From Elusimicrobiota bacterium (lineage in GTDB: Bacteria > Elusimicrobiota > Elusimicrobia > Elusimicrobiales > UBA9959): DNA of 48,796 nt. Below, one piece after another: positions 20,326-29,674 of the stretch. Position 1 is the first letter of the stretch, and each line of letters starts with the position of its first letter. The stretch covers positions 1-48,796 of the forward strand of contig DAIENX010000024.1 in NCBI GenBank assembly GCA_027340875.1, written 5' to 3'. Below the pieces are notes generated by a model that saw nothing but the letters and a program-made list of their open reading frames with translations, had not been told where the DNA came from and ran no database searches. The translations under genes and the position numbers were made by a program.

Positions 20326-22281
20326 ATGGGTGATAAGAGGAAATGGGTATTTGCGGCGGCGGTGCTGGCGTCCTTTATTTACTCCTGCGCCATGCGCCGC
20401 GCCGCGACGGCGCACATCCCCTCCGACCTGCGCGACGCGGTGGCGGACGCGCCGTTCTCAGCCGCGGAGCGCGCGCTGATAAAGGAGTGCGGCGACAACG
20501 TGCGCCACGACGGCCCTCGCTCGCCGGAAACCGCTGTCCGCTGCGCGGAGGCTTTCAGCGAGGGCGCGCCGGAGCCGCTGGTGAATAGATTCTCCGAAGA
20601 CGATCCGGCCATGGCCGGTCTTATCCTGGGCCGCAACAACGCGCTCATTGACCTGAAAAAGATAGTGTCCACCCAGAAAGGCCGCGGCGCCGTTATTGCG
20701 CTGGAGCGCATGTGGAACGTGCCCTCCGGGCCGGCGAAACCCGCCGACTGGAGGCCCGCGGACTGCGCGCTTTGCGACATGGGCCTTGGACCGAAGCCGG
20801 AGCACATCTCGGACTGGCTGGGCAGATACAGCCCGGAGGACCGCGCCGCCATCGAATACGCTTTCCGCCTGTGGGATTCGCTCGGTCCCGTGCGCCAGAA
20901 GTCGCTCTCCGGCGGCAAGTACCAGCGGACGCGCGAGAACTGGGACGCCGAGGGAGCCCGCCGCCGCTTCGCCTACCTCGGCATGTGGGCCGGCCTGGAA
21001 TGCGAGAAGGCCGCCGCCGCGGCTGAAACGCTGGCTATTTCCCCGCCGGACCGGACAAAACTGGAAACGTTGGCGTCCATCTTCAGCGACGATCTTGAAG
21101 TGGCCGGGATCTCGGATCTCTCCTGCGTCGAGCGTATCAGGTCCGCGCTGAACTCGGCCCCGGTCGGAGACGGCCGGGGTTCTGTTCCGCCGCAGGAGAA
21201 AAAGACCGCCGGCCTTGCCGCAGCTAAAGGGCGGACCGCCGGCCTCTCCGGCAAGAGCGTAGAGGACCAGAGGAGCGGTCTCGGGGGACTGTTCGACAAC
21301 AGCGCCGGCGGCGCGGAACCGACTGCCGCCGGTAGCGGCGCGGCTGCGCTCGCCTCCCGCGGAACGCCGGCGCCGCAGCAGTTGACGCTGAAGCAGGTGG
21401 ACGAACTTGGTTCGCGGATGCTGCGCATGGAGGACGGCAAGATAAAAGGCGATCTGGCCGAGGTAATGCGGCAGACCGCCGCCGGCCGGCGCGCCCTGGC
21501 TTTCTACGAGGACCCGGCTTACGCCAAAGCCGGCACCAACAGGCTCGACTTCGGCTTCGACCTGGACAGGGGATACCTCGGCGTATGGCGGCCCGACACC
21601 AGGCAACTGCGGCTGAACCTGACGGCCGCCGAGGAGTTCGCCGAAGCGCGCGGCACGACGCTGCCGCGGCTCATAAAAGACCCCGCTGGCATGAAGGCCC
21701 TGGCGGCGTACCTCTCGCCGATCATGGTGCACGAGGCGGAGCACCAGAACCAGACCGCCCGCGCCGCGGCCGCGGGGGTGGACTGGGTGAAGTACGGCTC
21801 CGGCCCCGGAAAAAGCTCCCCGTACACCCGCGCCATGGAAAACCTTTCCAACAAAGAAGGCACGGAGCACGCCATCGAATACTGCCGCAAACACGGCGGC
21901 GCGGCCTGTCTGGCGGGGATGAATACGGTCGTGCGCGAGGACATAAGGAAATTCATGGAGGACGGCCTGTCCGGCCTGGACGCGAGCAAGGCGCCTGTCT
22001 ACTCGCACATAGACGGTTACGAAGGCGGCGTGTCGCGCGAGTTCCGCGAGGCGCAGCTGCGCGCCTTCCAGCTCAACACCCTGGAAACCCTCAAGCGCGG
22101 CCACCCGGAACTGATGACGCCCAAGCGCGAGAGCGAGCTGAAAGAGCTGCGCGAACTGATGAACACCCGCTTTAAGTGGTACCTGCAGACCCGGCGCGAA
22201 CTCCAGGAGGCCGAGCGCGAGGCGCTGGAGTTCCGGCGCAAGTACGCCGACAGCCTCTCAATGGCGCCTTCGCCGCTGTAA
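20326..22281 (+). CDS. HIPxDLRDA-leader family protein 6 with a putative zincin (HExxH) region
   Basis: TM leader plus HIPSDLRDAVAD. SPIMVHEAEHQNQ with a downstream Glu (RAMENL). Confidence 0.75.
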   Translation: MGDKRKWVFAAAVLASFIYSCAMRRAATAHIPSDLRDAVADAPFSAAERALIKECGDNVRHDGPRSPETAVRCAEAFSEGAPEPLVNRFSEDDPAMAGLILGRNNALIDLKKIVSTQKGRGAVIALERMWNVPSGPAKPADWRPADCALCDMGLGPKPEHISDWLGRYSPEDRAAIEYAFRLWDSLGPVRQKSLSGGKYQRTRENWDAEGARRRFAYLGMWAGLECEKAAAAAETLAISPPDRTKLETLASIFSDDLEVAGISDLSCVERIRSALNSAPVGDGRGSVPPQEKKTAGLAAAKGRTAGLSGKSVEDQRSGLGGLFDNSAGGAEPTAAGSGAAALASRGTPAPQQLTLKQVDELGSRMLRMEDGKIKGDLAEVMRQTAAGRRALAFYEDPAYAKAGTNRLDFGFDLDRGYLGVWRPDTRQLRLNLTAAEEFAEARGTTLPRLIKDPAGMKALAAYLSPIMVHEAEHQNQTARAAAAGVDWVKYGSGPGKSSPYTRAMENLSNKEGTEHAIEYCRKHGGAACLAGMNTVVREDIRKFMEDGLSGLDASKAPVYSHIDGYEGGVSREFREAQLRAFQLNTLETLKRGHPELMTPKRESELKELRELMNTRFKWYLQTRRELQEAEREALEFRRKYADSLSMAPSPL

Positions 22282-22468
22282 CACCCCTGAAAAGACCGCG
22301 TAAAAACTATTTCACGCGCCAACCCGGCGCGGGCCGGCCTCGGCCGCGCCCGCCGAACGGATACTTGCAGCCGGCAGGGACTTCTCCTGCGTTATGGGTC
22401 TGAGAACTGCTGGTCAGTGATGCCGCAGTGAAGCCCGTCCGCGGCCGCCATACGCTTGCCGGCGATTC

Positions 22469-22586
22469 AAAATAACATCTTTAGTTCTCCCTCGCGCGTA
22501 AGTCTCCGGGGCAGGAGCGGGGGGGCGAATAACATGCGCTATGGTGCCCCGCGCCCCAGGCGGTCCGGTGCGGTGCGGGCTAAAAT
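22469..22586 (+). promoter_or_regulatory. Fixed-spacing island promoter element, copy A
   Basis: AAAA 22469, CGTAAGTC-TCCG-GGGCA 22497, CAGGC 22557, TAAAAT 22581. Confidence 0.7.
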
Positions 22587-22700
22587 ATTCTCATGGACGC
22601 AACTTCCGGCAAAGGACGGGTTCAGCCGATAATTATGAGAAAAGCGATGCTTCTCCTCACGATTCCCCCGGGGCAAAGGAGCACGGAGTTGCTGAAAATT

Positions 22701-23750
22701 ATGCCTGCGCCGGGCAGGCGCGCGCTTGCGGCGGCTCTCCTGGCAGTTCTTTCAGCCACTGTGCAGGCGGCGGCCGCCGTGCTCTGCTTCAACGACCGGC
22801 CGTTCTACCAGATAGATCGTTTCGCCCCGGACCTCCCTTCTTACGTGGACAGGGATTTCCGCCACCTGGCGCCGTTGAGCGGCTATATCAGGGAAATGGA
22901 CAACTACTCCATCAGGCTCTGTCCTGGCGCCATCGCCCTGGACAGCCTGCAGCCGCGCGACCGCGAGGACCTGGCGCGCAATAACGACAGGTTGTGGGAG
23001 GACGAGTACAAGTACAACATCCACAACAACGTCCTGTCGCAGGACATGGGGCTTTACCACCAGCTCTATTTTCCGTACGAGCTGTTCACTCCAGCCGCCG
23101 CATTCCCGTCAGCAGCGGAGACCGCCGGCCCGGCGGAGGCGGACATGCTCAATTCCACGGCCGCCGCGCTCTGGGGCATACTCGACAATGTCTGCAACGA
23201 CGGCGACGGACAGAAGGCCAGGGTCAAGTACCTTTTCGGGCGGCGGATGTGCGGGGACCAGAGCGGCGAACTGCGTTCCCGGATGCGCGATCTCCGGAAA
23301 GCGGCGCGCGCGCTGGCGCGGCGGAACGGCGAACTGCGCCTGGCCGGCAAAGCCCACCCGCTGTTCGTGCAATTGCTGCTGGAGGAGCTGGCCGGGGCTT
23401 ACGTCTGGGGCGGGCCGATGACGGCTGTCAACGCGAATTTCCCGGAAGCGCGTAAGGAGACGATACTGAGGGTCTCGAGATTCCTCGCGGATACGCCTCT
23501 CACTTGCGCCCAGTTAGGCTTGTGGCCGCTGCACGCGCGGGCGCTGCTGGCCGCCACGCAGCACAGGGCCACTATCATTCCGGGAGTGAACGGCGTAAGC
23601 GACTACAATTCACCTGCCGGCAGGCTGGCCTATAAAGCCGCCGCCATCTGCGGCGAGTACGGGAGCGGGGCCTCTTCGTTCTACGATCTCGAAACCACGG
23701 CCCCCAGGGACCTGTACCTGCTGGACGCAGGCTACGAGGAAAAACCATGA
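22701..23750 (+). CDS. Exported hypothetical protein
   Basis: Signal-like RRALAAALLAVLSATVQA. Alternative starts at 22593 and 22635. ATGA overlap with the next gene. Confidence 0.65.
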   Translation: MPAPGRRALAAALLAVLSATVQAAAAVLCFNDRPFYQIDRFAPDLPSYVDRDFRHLAPLSGYIREMDNYSIRLCPGAIALDSLQPRDREDLARNNDRLWEDEYKYNIHNNVLSQDMGLYHQLYFPYELFTPAAAFPSAAETAGPAEADMLNSTAAALWGILDNVCNDGDGQKARVKYLFGRRMCGDQSGELRSRMRDLRKAARALARRNGELRLAGKAHPLFVQLLLEELAGAYVWGGPMTAVNANFPEARKETILRVSRFLADTPLTCAQLGLWPLHARALLAATQHRATIIPGVNGVSDYNSPAGRLAYKAAAICGEYGSGASSFYDLETTAPRDLYLLDAGYEEKP

Positions 23751-25681
23751 CAGGAACAGCGCGCTTTATTCTGCCTCTGCTGACGCTCTGCGCGGGCGCG
23801 GCGCACGCCCTTACCGCGGCAGACGCGGTCGAGGATTACTATAAATACGACCTGAAGCGCGGCTACGTCACGCTGGCCGTCCACACCGAGCTCAAGCCGG
23901 GAGAGGTCTGCTCGCACGAGTCGGGGCCGCTGATGGACACTATGATGGCGGGCCGCCTGGCGCTCGACGCGGCCTGCACGGAGAACCAGTGGGGGCGCAG
24001 CTCCCTCTACGACGTGAAGAAGATCGACAAGAACGCCCTCTGCGGCGCCATAGTGGTGGTGGAATGCCTGGACAACCGCGGCGGCTACGGGCGCATCCCG
24101 CCGCCGCTGGCGCTGGACAAGGCGATGCGGGAGGATTACCAGGCGAACGGCCTGCAGCCGGGAGAGTTTTATACGGCCGCCATGGTCAAGGAGATGTTCC
24201 GTATAGGGAACCAGAACTGCTCTCAGATGACGCATACCACGGCCGGTTCCGTCATGCCGGGAATGGGCAGGGACTGCTCCTCCGAGGAGGCGCAGAGGTG
24301 GGCGAAGATCTTCATACGCGGTATCCTGCGCGGCCTGACCATAGGAATGGGGCAGGCCAACGCGCGCATGGGGCAGGTGATGGTCCAGGGCAGCCTCGCC
24401 CAGGGCAACGCGCTCCTTTCCATGGGCCAGGCGCAGATGCAGGGCATGCAACTGCTCGCCAGCGGACAGGTGCAGGGCATGACTCTGCTGGCCCAGGGGA
24501 ACAGGGAGATAGGTTTCAACATGGTGCGCATGGGTCAGGTAATGGCCCAGGGCCAGGCCGCCATCGCGGCCGGGCAGGTGCAGGGCATGCAGACGTTAAG
24601 TTCCGGCATGATGACCATGGGCCACGCGCTTACGAGCATGGGCGCTACGATGGGTTCGGCCATGAATTCGCTGGCCGCCGCGCAGACCGCCGGCATGAGC
24701 ATGCTGTCCGGCGGCATGCTAAATACCGGCCAGGCGGCGGTCCAGATGGGCGTGACCATGGGAAACGCCATTCTCAGCCAGGGGCAGGCCATGGCGAAAG
24801 GCCAAGCCATGCTCGCCCAAGGACAGGTAGGCGGAATGAAACTTCTCTCGGCCGGGATGGTGCAGCAGGGGACCAGCTTGATGCTCATGGGGCGCCAGAT
24901 GGCGGATTCGCAGGCGATGATAGCCCTGGCGCAGACAGGCGGTATGGCTACGCTGGCGGAAGGTCTGGCCAGCACCGGCCGGAGCCTGCTGCAGACCGGC
25001 GAGATGATGGCCAAGGGCCAGGCCGGCCTGGCCGAAGGAGAGGTGCTTGGCAGCAGGCTGTCGGCCCAAAGCATGAAAGAACTCGGCGGCCGGCTCGTGG
25101 ATATCGGGCGCCGCATGTCGGAAAGCCAGGCGCTGCTGGCTTCCGGCCGCACGGACGGGATGAAGGAACTGATGGCCGGAGTGGCCGCCGCGGGCAGTTT
25201 CCTGGTGGAGGGCGGCGTCGCCATAACCCCGCCCGTAGACGGCGGCCTCCTGGCGCGCCGGGGCGAAGCCCTGGCGCGCGGACTCTCCCTTACTGCCGCG
25301 GGCGCGGCGGATGGCCAGGCGGTGTTGGGTGAGGGTCTGTCCGGCGTAGGCGAGGCGCTCCTCTCCTCCGGCATGTCGCTTTCGCAGGGCTACAGGCGCA
25401 TAGCGCTGGGCGACGCTGCTTCGGCCCGGGAACTCCAGGCCGGCATTTTGCGCCTGGGCAGGACGCTGTCGGAGATACAGCGCGCGCCGGCCGGCGTGAA
25501 CATAGAGGCCGTCAGGAACAACGGCCGACTCCTGACGGAGATAGGCGAAGCCATGTCCCAGGCGCTGTCCGATCTTGCCGTAGGCCGCACCGAAGGCATG
25601 AAAGCGGCCATAGAGGGCCTCGACCGGATAGGCGTGGAAATGCTGGCTTCCGGAGCGGCTGCCGCTTTCGGCGGAGTGTAA
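23747..25681 (+). CDS. Exported protein: Cys-containing N-domain plus Met/Gln/Gly-rich ~36-aa helical repeats
   Basis: Signal peptide ending AHA. Repeats like AQGQAAIAAGQVQGMQTLSSGMMTMGHALTSMGATM. Confidence 0.8.
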   Translation: MTGTARFILPLLTLCAGAAHALTAADAVEDYYKYDLKRGYVTLAVHTELKPGEVCSHESGPLMDTMMAGRLALDAACTENQWGRSSLYDVKKIDKNALCGAIVVVECLDNRGGYGRIPPPLALDKAMREDYQANGLQPGEFYTAAMVKEMFRIGNQNCSQMTHTTAGSVMPGMGRDCSSEEAQRWAKIFIRGILRGLTIGMGQANARMGQVMVQGSLAQGNALLSMGQAQMQGMQLLASGQVQGMTLLAQGNREIGFNMVRMGQVMAQGQAAIAAGQVQGMQTLSSGMMTMGHALTSMGATMGSAMNSLAAAQTAGMSMLSGGMLNTGQAAVQMGVTMGNAILSQGQAMAKGQAMLAQGQVGGMKLLSAGMVQQGTSLMLMGRQMADSQAMIALAQTGGMATLAEGLASTGRSLLQTGEMMAKGQAGLAEGEVLGSRLSAQSMKELGGRLVDIGRRMSESQALLASGRTDGMKELMAGVAAAGSFLVEGGVAITPPVDGGLLARRGEALARGLSLTAAGAADGQAVLGEGLSGVGEALLSSGMSLSQGYRRIALGDAASARELQAGILRLGRTLSEIQRAPAGVNIEAVRNNGRLLTEIGEAMSQALSDLAVGRTEGMKAAIEGLDRIGVEMLASGAAAAFGGV

Positions 25682-25784
25682 CGCGCCATTATTGCGCGCG
25701 TTAAGCGCTGACTGCGGCGCCAGGGTGAATTAAAGATACTTTCCAGCGCTGTGCATGGAGTATCGTGATTTGGTGCGGAAAAAC

Positions 25785-26026
25785 CAGACCTGTCCGGTTA
25801 AAATTTAAGGGGAACCCTTCGTAATGGTAAAATTCTTTTGTCCAGAAAGCGTTTTACCGACGGAGGATTCCCTGTGTCCCATTATAACACAATAATGCAC
25901 CAACTGCTTACGCTCGTGCCCCGACATCACTTCAACAAACTGGCTGCTGGGCTTGACTCTGACCGTTACGTCAAGACCTTTACCTCCTGGAACCAATTCT
26001 CAACACTTCTTTATGCCCAGGCCGGC
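25785..26026 (+). mobile_element. IS4-family element remnant (left end plus the first ~50 codons of the transposase, DUF4372-like)
   Basis: CAGACCTGTCCGG end-like sequence at 25785. GGAGG RBS and GTG at 25874 give VSHYNTIMHQLLTLVPRHHF...DRYVKTFTSWNQFSTLLYAQ. Confidence 0.75.
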
Positions 26027-26183
26027 GGCTCGCTTTACATCTCCGACAATCTCTCTTTCCGGCTGTACACCCCGGAAGAGAACAACTGGTTCATCCCGGT
26101 ATTCTCTTTCAGCGAGACCGGCGTGTGGAAATACGCCCCTGCGGCCCTCCGGGAAACGGAGACCGCCGAGGGCCGGCGGATTT

Positions 26184-26466
26184 ATGGCGAAGAACAAAGG
26201 CGTTAACGCGGCGGCAATGGCCGCCCTTCTCCAGCTCGCGGCGGGTTCCGCCGGCGCGGCTCCGGCCTTTGTATATCTGCGCGGCTATCCGGGCGACATC
26301 CTCTATACCGACGGCTCGCGGACCCTGGACATCACCCCGCCAGGTTTCGCGCGCAAGGCCGGCAACCCCTCCGTGTCGCCGGACGGGAAAAGGCTGGTCT
26401 TTCCCGCCAACCTCGACGACAACTGGGACCTGTACCTGGGGGAGTTCGACGGCTCGCGGCTGGCCG
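26184..26466 (+). pseudogene. Truncated near-identical duplicate of the 5' 283 nt of the TolB-like gene (19234-19516)
   Basis: Only a few substitutions relative to 19234-19516. Similarity ends abruptly after GGCTGGCCG. Confidence 0.9.
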
Positions 26467-26482
26467 CGGGCGGACGTGCATT

Positions 26483-26600
26483 AAAACCGCGTTTTTACTC
26501 CGCCACGAAGCGTAAGTCCCGGGGGCAGAGGGGGTGGACCGCATATTTCCACGCAATGGGGCCAACGCTCCATGCTGCCGGCCGCGGCGGCGGCTAAAAT
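26483..26600 (+). promoter_or_regulatory. Fixed-spacing island promoter element, copy B
   Basis: AAAA 26483, CGTAAGTC-CCGG-GGGCA 26511, CATGC 26571, TAAAAT 26595. Confidence 0.7.
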
Positions 26601-26687
26601 ATCCATGTGGCGGAACAGTGATAGCGGATCTTTCAGCTGCGGTAACGGTTCTGGCGCAGCCATCCGGCGGATATGGGAGGAATTTTT

Positions 26688-27290
26688 ATGAAAAGGCCCC
26701 TGGTCATGATCGTGTTCACCCTGTTCCCGTTTTTATCGCCTGTTGTCCACGCCGGACATGCGGAGAAAGCGGTAGACTCCCTAGTGGAGCTCGCCGGAGC
26801 CTCCGCCGGCGCTTCCGTGGCGCAGGAGATCATCCCCGAGCCTCGACCCGCGCAGTATCCCGGCGCAGGAGACCGCACTGCCGCGGCTGCCGCCGCCGAC
26901 CTGGCCGGTCTTGTGGAGAGTTTCCTGCGGGCGGATGAGCCCTTGAGGATAACCCTGATCGGACGCATCGGCGGGTTAAGGACCGCCGGATCGAACGCTT
27001 TTCTGAAGGCGGTATCCGGGCTGGAAGTGGAAAGGCCGGCGGTCCGTGCTGCCGCCTGCGAAATGCTGGGCGAAGCCGCGGCTCCGGGAGCAGGCGTTAA
27101 AAGCGGCTTAACCGCAGCCGCGCCGCTTGCCGGCAGTTCAGAAATGACAGCCGGGGACTCTCAGCTCACCCGGCCTGAAAAACTGGAACTTCTCAAGCAA
27201 TTCCTGCGCACGGTTACCGGCATTATCAACCGCTATAATTCGCCCGAACTGCGAGAACAATACGGCGCCGCTCTCGGCATCAGAGGCTGA
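26688..27290 (+). CDS. Exported hypothetical protein
   Basis: GGAGG RBS. Signal peptide MKRPLV...VVHA. Confidence 0.7.
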   Translation: MKRPLVMIVFTLFPFLSPVVHAGHAEKAVDSLVELAGASAGASVAQEIIPEPRPAQYPGAGDRTAAAAAADLAGLVESFLRADEPLRITLIGRIGGLRTAGSNAFLKAVSGLEVERPAVRAAACEMLGEAAAPGAGVKSGLTAAAPLAGSSEMTAGDSQLTRPEKLELLKQFLRTVTGIINRYNSPELREQYGAALGIRG

Positions 27291-27423
27291 ACGGCAGCCT
27301 TAACTGTCTGTGACCGGGATCCCCGGCTCCGCGTTCACGGGAACCCGATACGCGATCCCATCGGGTTTGGGACCGCGTCCCGCCCTCCTTCGCAATTCTC
27401 CCGCCGAGCGCCCGCCGCGGACC

Positions 27424-27542
27424 AAAAGCGTGATTTTAACGCGTTCCGCGGCGTAAGCCGGCAGGGCAAAAAACGTAGTGCCAAATACGCCATAACCGGC
27501 GGCCGGCCGGCTCAGGCGCGCCGGTGCGTCTACGACTATAAT
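27424..27542 (+). promoter_or_regulatory. Fixed-spacing island promoter element, copy C
   Basis: AAAA 27424, CGTAAGCC-GGCA-GGGCA 27452, CAGGC 27513, TATAAT 27537. Confidence 0.7.
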
Positions 27543-27612
27543 ATTCGCGACACAACACAACATCGCCTGGCTTATGCGGCGCAGGTCGCCATGAGCATCA
27601 AGGCAGGGAGCT

Positions 27613-29022
27613 ATGATGAAAGGTACACTTAAAATTATTTCCACGGCGGCATTCCTGGCGGCGGCCTTTCTTTCCCCGGGCCTTTCCCCGGCCGGGGAGA
27701 ACTGGGCCGCCCCGCTGCTGGAGAATCCCGTTCCGCGCTGCCTTCCGGACGCCGCGGGAACGCCGGCGCCTTCCAGGCCGCCGCGTGCGCCCGCCACGCT
27801 GATGTTCTATCTGGACGATCAGAACGGGGGGGACTATGTTGACAGCTATATAGCCCGCCAACTGAAGACCATAGAGGACCTCAGCCGCAGGAACAGGGCC
27901 GTCCGCTGGCTGACGATCTCCGCGCAGAACGGCGCGCTCCCGGAAGGGAAGCGCTATGAGCTGGAGGAACAGAACCTGGCCGTAACCGAATGGGACGGCG
28001 GCACGCCCGTTCCCAGGGGGGACTTCAGGACCGAACGCAAAGAGCAGAAGCCCTCTTTTTCCAACCCGGCGGTACTGGCTTATTTCGTGGAAAAAGGGCT
28101 GGCGCTGGGGTCCGCGCGCAATATCCTGGTCATGGCGGACCACGGCGAGGGCAGCCACGGACTTATGACGACCACCCTGAAAGAGAACGGGAAGGACCTT
28201 AAAGAAATAATGCGCAACAGGGACGCCGCGGCCGCCCTCGCCGGCGCCATGAAGAAGACCGATTCCAGGATAGACCTCATCGTCCTGGACGCCTGTCTTA
28301 TGAGCAGCATCGAGGCCATGACCGATTTCCGGGAAGAGGGGCTTGAGATGCCCGTAGTCGCGTCGGAGAACACGACCACCCCGACAAGCGGCTCCCTTAA
28401 TTACCGCAAGGTCTTCGGGGGCGCGGCCGACGCGCTGGAGGAAGGCGGACCTTTCGACGCGCTCCTTTCCGGGGCCGCGATCGTGGAACAGAGCAAGGGC
28501 AACAGCGCCATAGATCTCTCGCTGGTGAATCTGCGGCTCCTTACCAAAGACCTGCTAGAAAGCCTGAACGGCCTTTTCTCCGGGCTGGCCTCCGAACTGC
28601 GCGAACCGAAGAAGAACAAAGCCTACAGGAAAGCCTTCCTGGCGAAAATAACGGCCGAAAAGACAATAAACGTAGGCGAGACCGAAATAGATCTCCGCGC
28701 CTGGCTGCAAATGCTTCAGAAGCTCAAGAGCCTCTCGGAAGGCGTCAGAAATTCCGCCGCGGAGATAGAAAGAACGGCTTTCCCGGAAACGTCCTCGGCG
28801 GACGTCTCAAAACTGGTCGCCGCCTCTGAAAACGACAAGGCGGCCTATACCAGCGAAAAAGGCCTCTCCATTTCGCATCCGCTGGTTATCGGAGAGGAGC
28901 CGCTGGGGGTTTTCGAAGCCGACTGCAGGCACGCCGAAAGCCTGCGCTTCTCGGCTTTGACGGGTTGGGCGGAAGTTCTGAAAGCGTATGCGGGCGTCGA
29001 TGCCTGCGAAGGGCCCCGGTAA
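27613..29022 (+). CDS. Divergent exported clostripain-family (C11) peptidase
   Basis: Signal peptide, TLMFYLDDQN, NPAVLAYF, MADHGEG, IDLIVLDACLMSSIE, VASE. Confidence 0.8.
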   Translation: MMKGTLKIISTAAFLAAAFLSPGLSPAGENWAAPLLENPVPRCLPDAAGTPAPSRPPRAPATLMFYLDDQNGGDYVDSYIARQLKTIEDLSRRNRAVRWLTISAQNGALPEGKRYELEEQNLAVTEWDGGTPVPRGDFRTERKEQKPSFSNPAVLAYFVEKGLALGSARNILVMADHGEGSHGLMTTTLKENGKDLKEIMRNRDAAAALAGAMKKTDSRIDLIVLDACLMSSIEAMTDFREEGLEMPVVASENTTTPTSGSLNYRKVFGGAADALEEGGPFDALLSGAAIVEQSKGNSAIDLSLVNLRLLTKDLLESLNGLFSGLASELREPKKNKAYRKAFLAKITAEKTINVGETEIDLRAWLQMLQKLKSLSEGVRNSAAEIERTAFPETSSADVSKLVAASENDKAAYTSEKGLSISHPLVIGEEPLGVFEADCRHAESLRFSALTGWAEVLKAYAGVDACEGPR

Positions 29023-29241
29023 GGCGCGGCTGCCTGGAAAAGCGCCCGCAGCGCTGTCATCAGACGAAACTTCCCGGCCGAGAACGCGAGAAGGTTCTCC
29101 CTGATAACCGGGGCGCCGGAAGCTTGGAAAATTGCCGTATTTTGCGGCTTACGGAGCAAGACATGAATAAGCGGTTTACGGAACACAGATAGCGTTAGTG
29201 TTGAAGCAGCACGAAGCCGGGGTCCCGGCGGCCGCGGGGCT

Positions 29242-29412
29242 GCCGTCGCGGCTTTCAGGGAAGGAGGCAAACTGATACAGGAGTTCCGCGTGCTGCCCAA
29301 CGGCATGGTGGGGTCCGCGATCAGAATGGAAGGAGAGAAGGAGGCGGTGGGTTACAGCTATTATCCCTGGAGAGCCAAGGTGGACCCGAGGATGATTCCC
29401 TTCATTTACTAA
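29242..29412 (+). pseudogene. Orphan C-terminal fragment paralogous to the end of the 14859-15680 protein
   Basis: AVAAFREGGKLIQEFRVLPNGMVGSAIRMEGEKEAVGYSYY versus AIAAYEEDKELIQEFRVSDGWIVAEMRRHGEPGAVAYSYY. No in-frame start upstream. Confidence 0.75.
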
Positions 29413-29442
29413 GTCCGGCACTGGGGAGGTATCCCAGCCGGA

Positions 29443-29475
29443 GAAAAAGCGGCCCGAAGGCCGCTTTTTCTTTTT
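29443..29475 (+). terminator. Intrinsic terminator
   Basis: GAAAAAGCGGCC-CGAA-GGCCGCTTTTTC-TTTTT. Confidence 0.85.
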
Positions 29476-29508
29476 CCTCAAGAATTTGCGCGGGCATGCT
29501 CGCGCATC

Positions 29509-29626
29509 AAAAACGCTTTTTTGATGCGCGCGTCCGCGTAAGTCCTGCGGGCAGAACAGGGAGGCCGTATTACGGACCTACCGGGGGCATTGGCCTCATG
29601 CGGCGCGGCCCGGCGGAAGCTAAACT
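29509..29626 (+). promoter_or_regulatory. Fixed-spacing island promoter element, copy D
   Basis: AAAA 29509, CGTAAGTC-CTGC-GGGCA 29537, CATGC 29597, TAAACT 29621. Confidence 0.7.
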
Positions 29627-29674
29627 ATCCTTATGAAGCCCGGCGGCAAAAAACCGGTAATAGAGAGGAAGAAT

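Noticed and set aside
14245..20438. CRISPR array from the repeated CCGACCTGCGCGACGC
   Set aside because: The repeats are in-frame coding sequence spaced 0.7-2 kb apart, and no cas genes are present.
22296..22345. Degenerate seventh promoter element (CGCGTAAAAACTATTTCACGCG)
   Set aside because: There is a small hairpin but no CGTAAG at +28 and no -10 at the expected distance.
23747..25681. Phage tape-measure protein or prophage
   Set aside because: The protein has a signal peptide and no phage structural genes are nearby.
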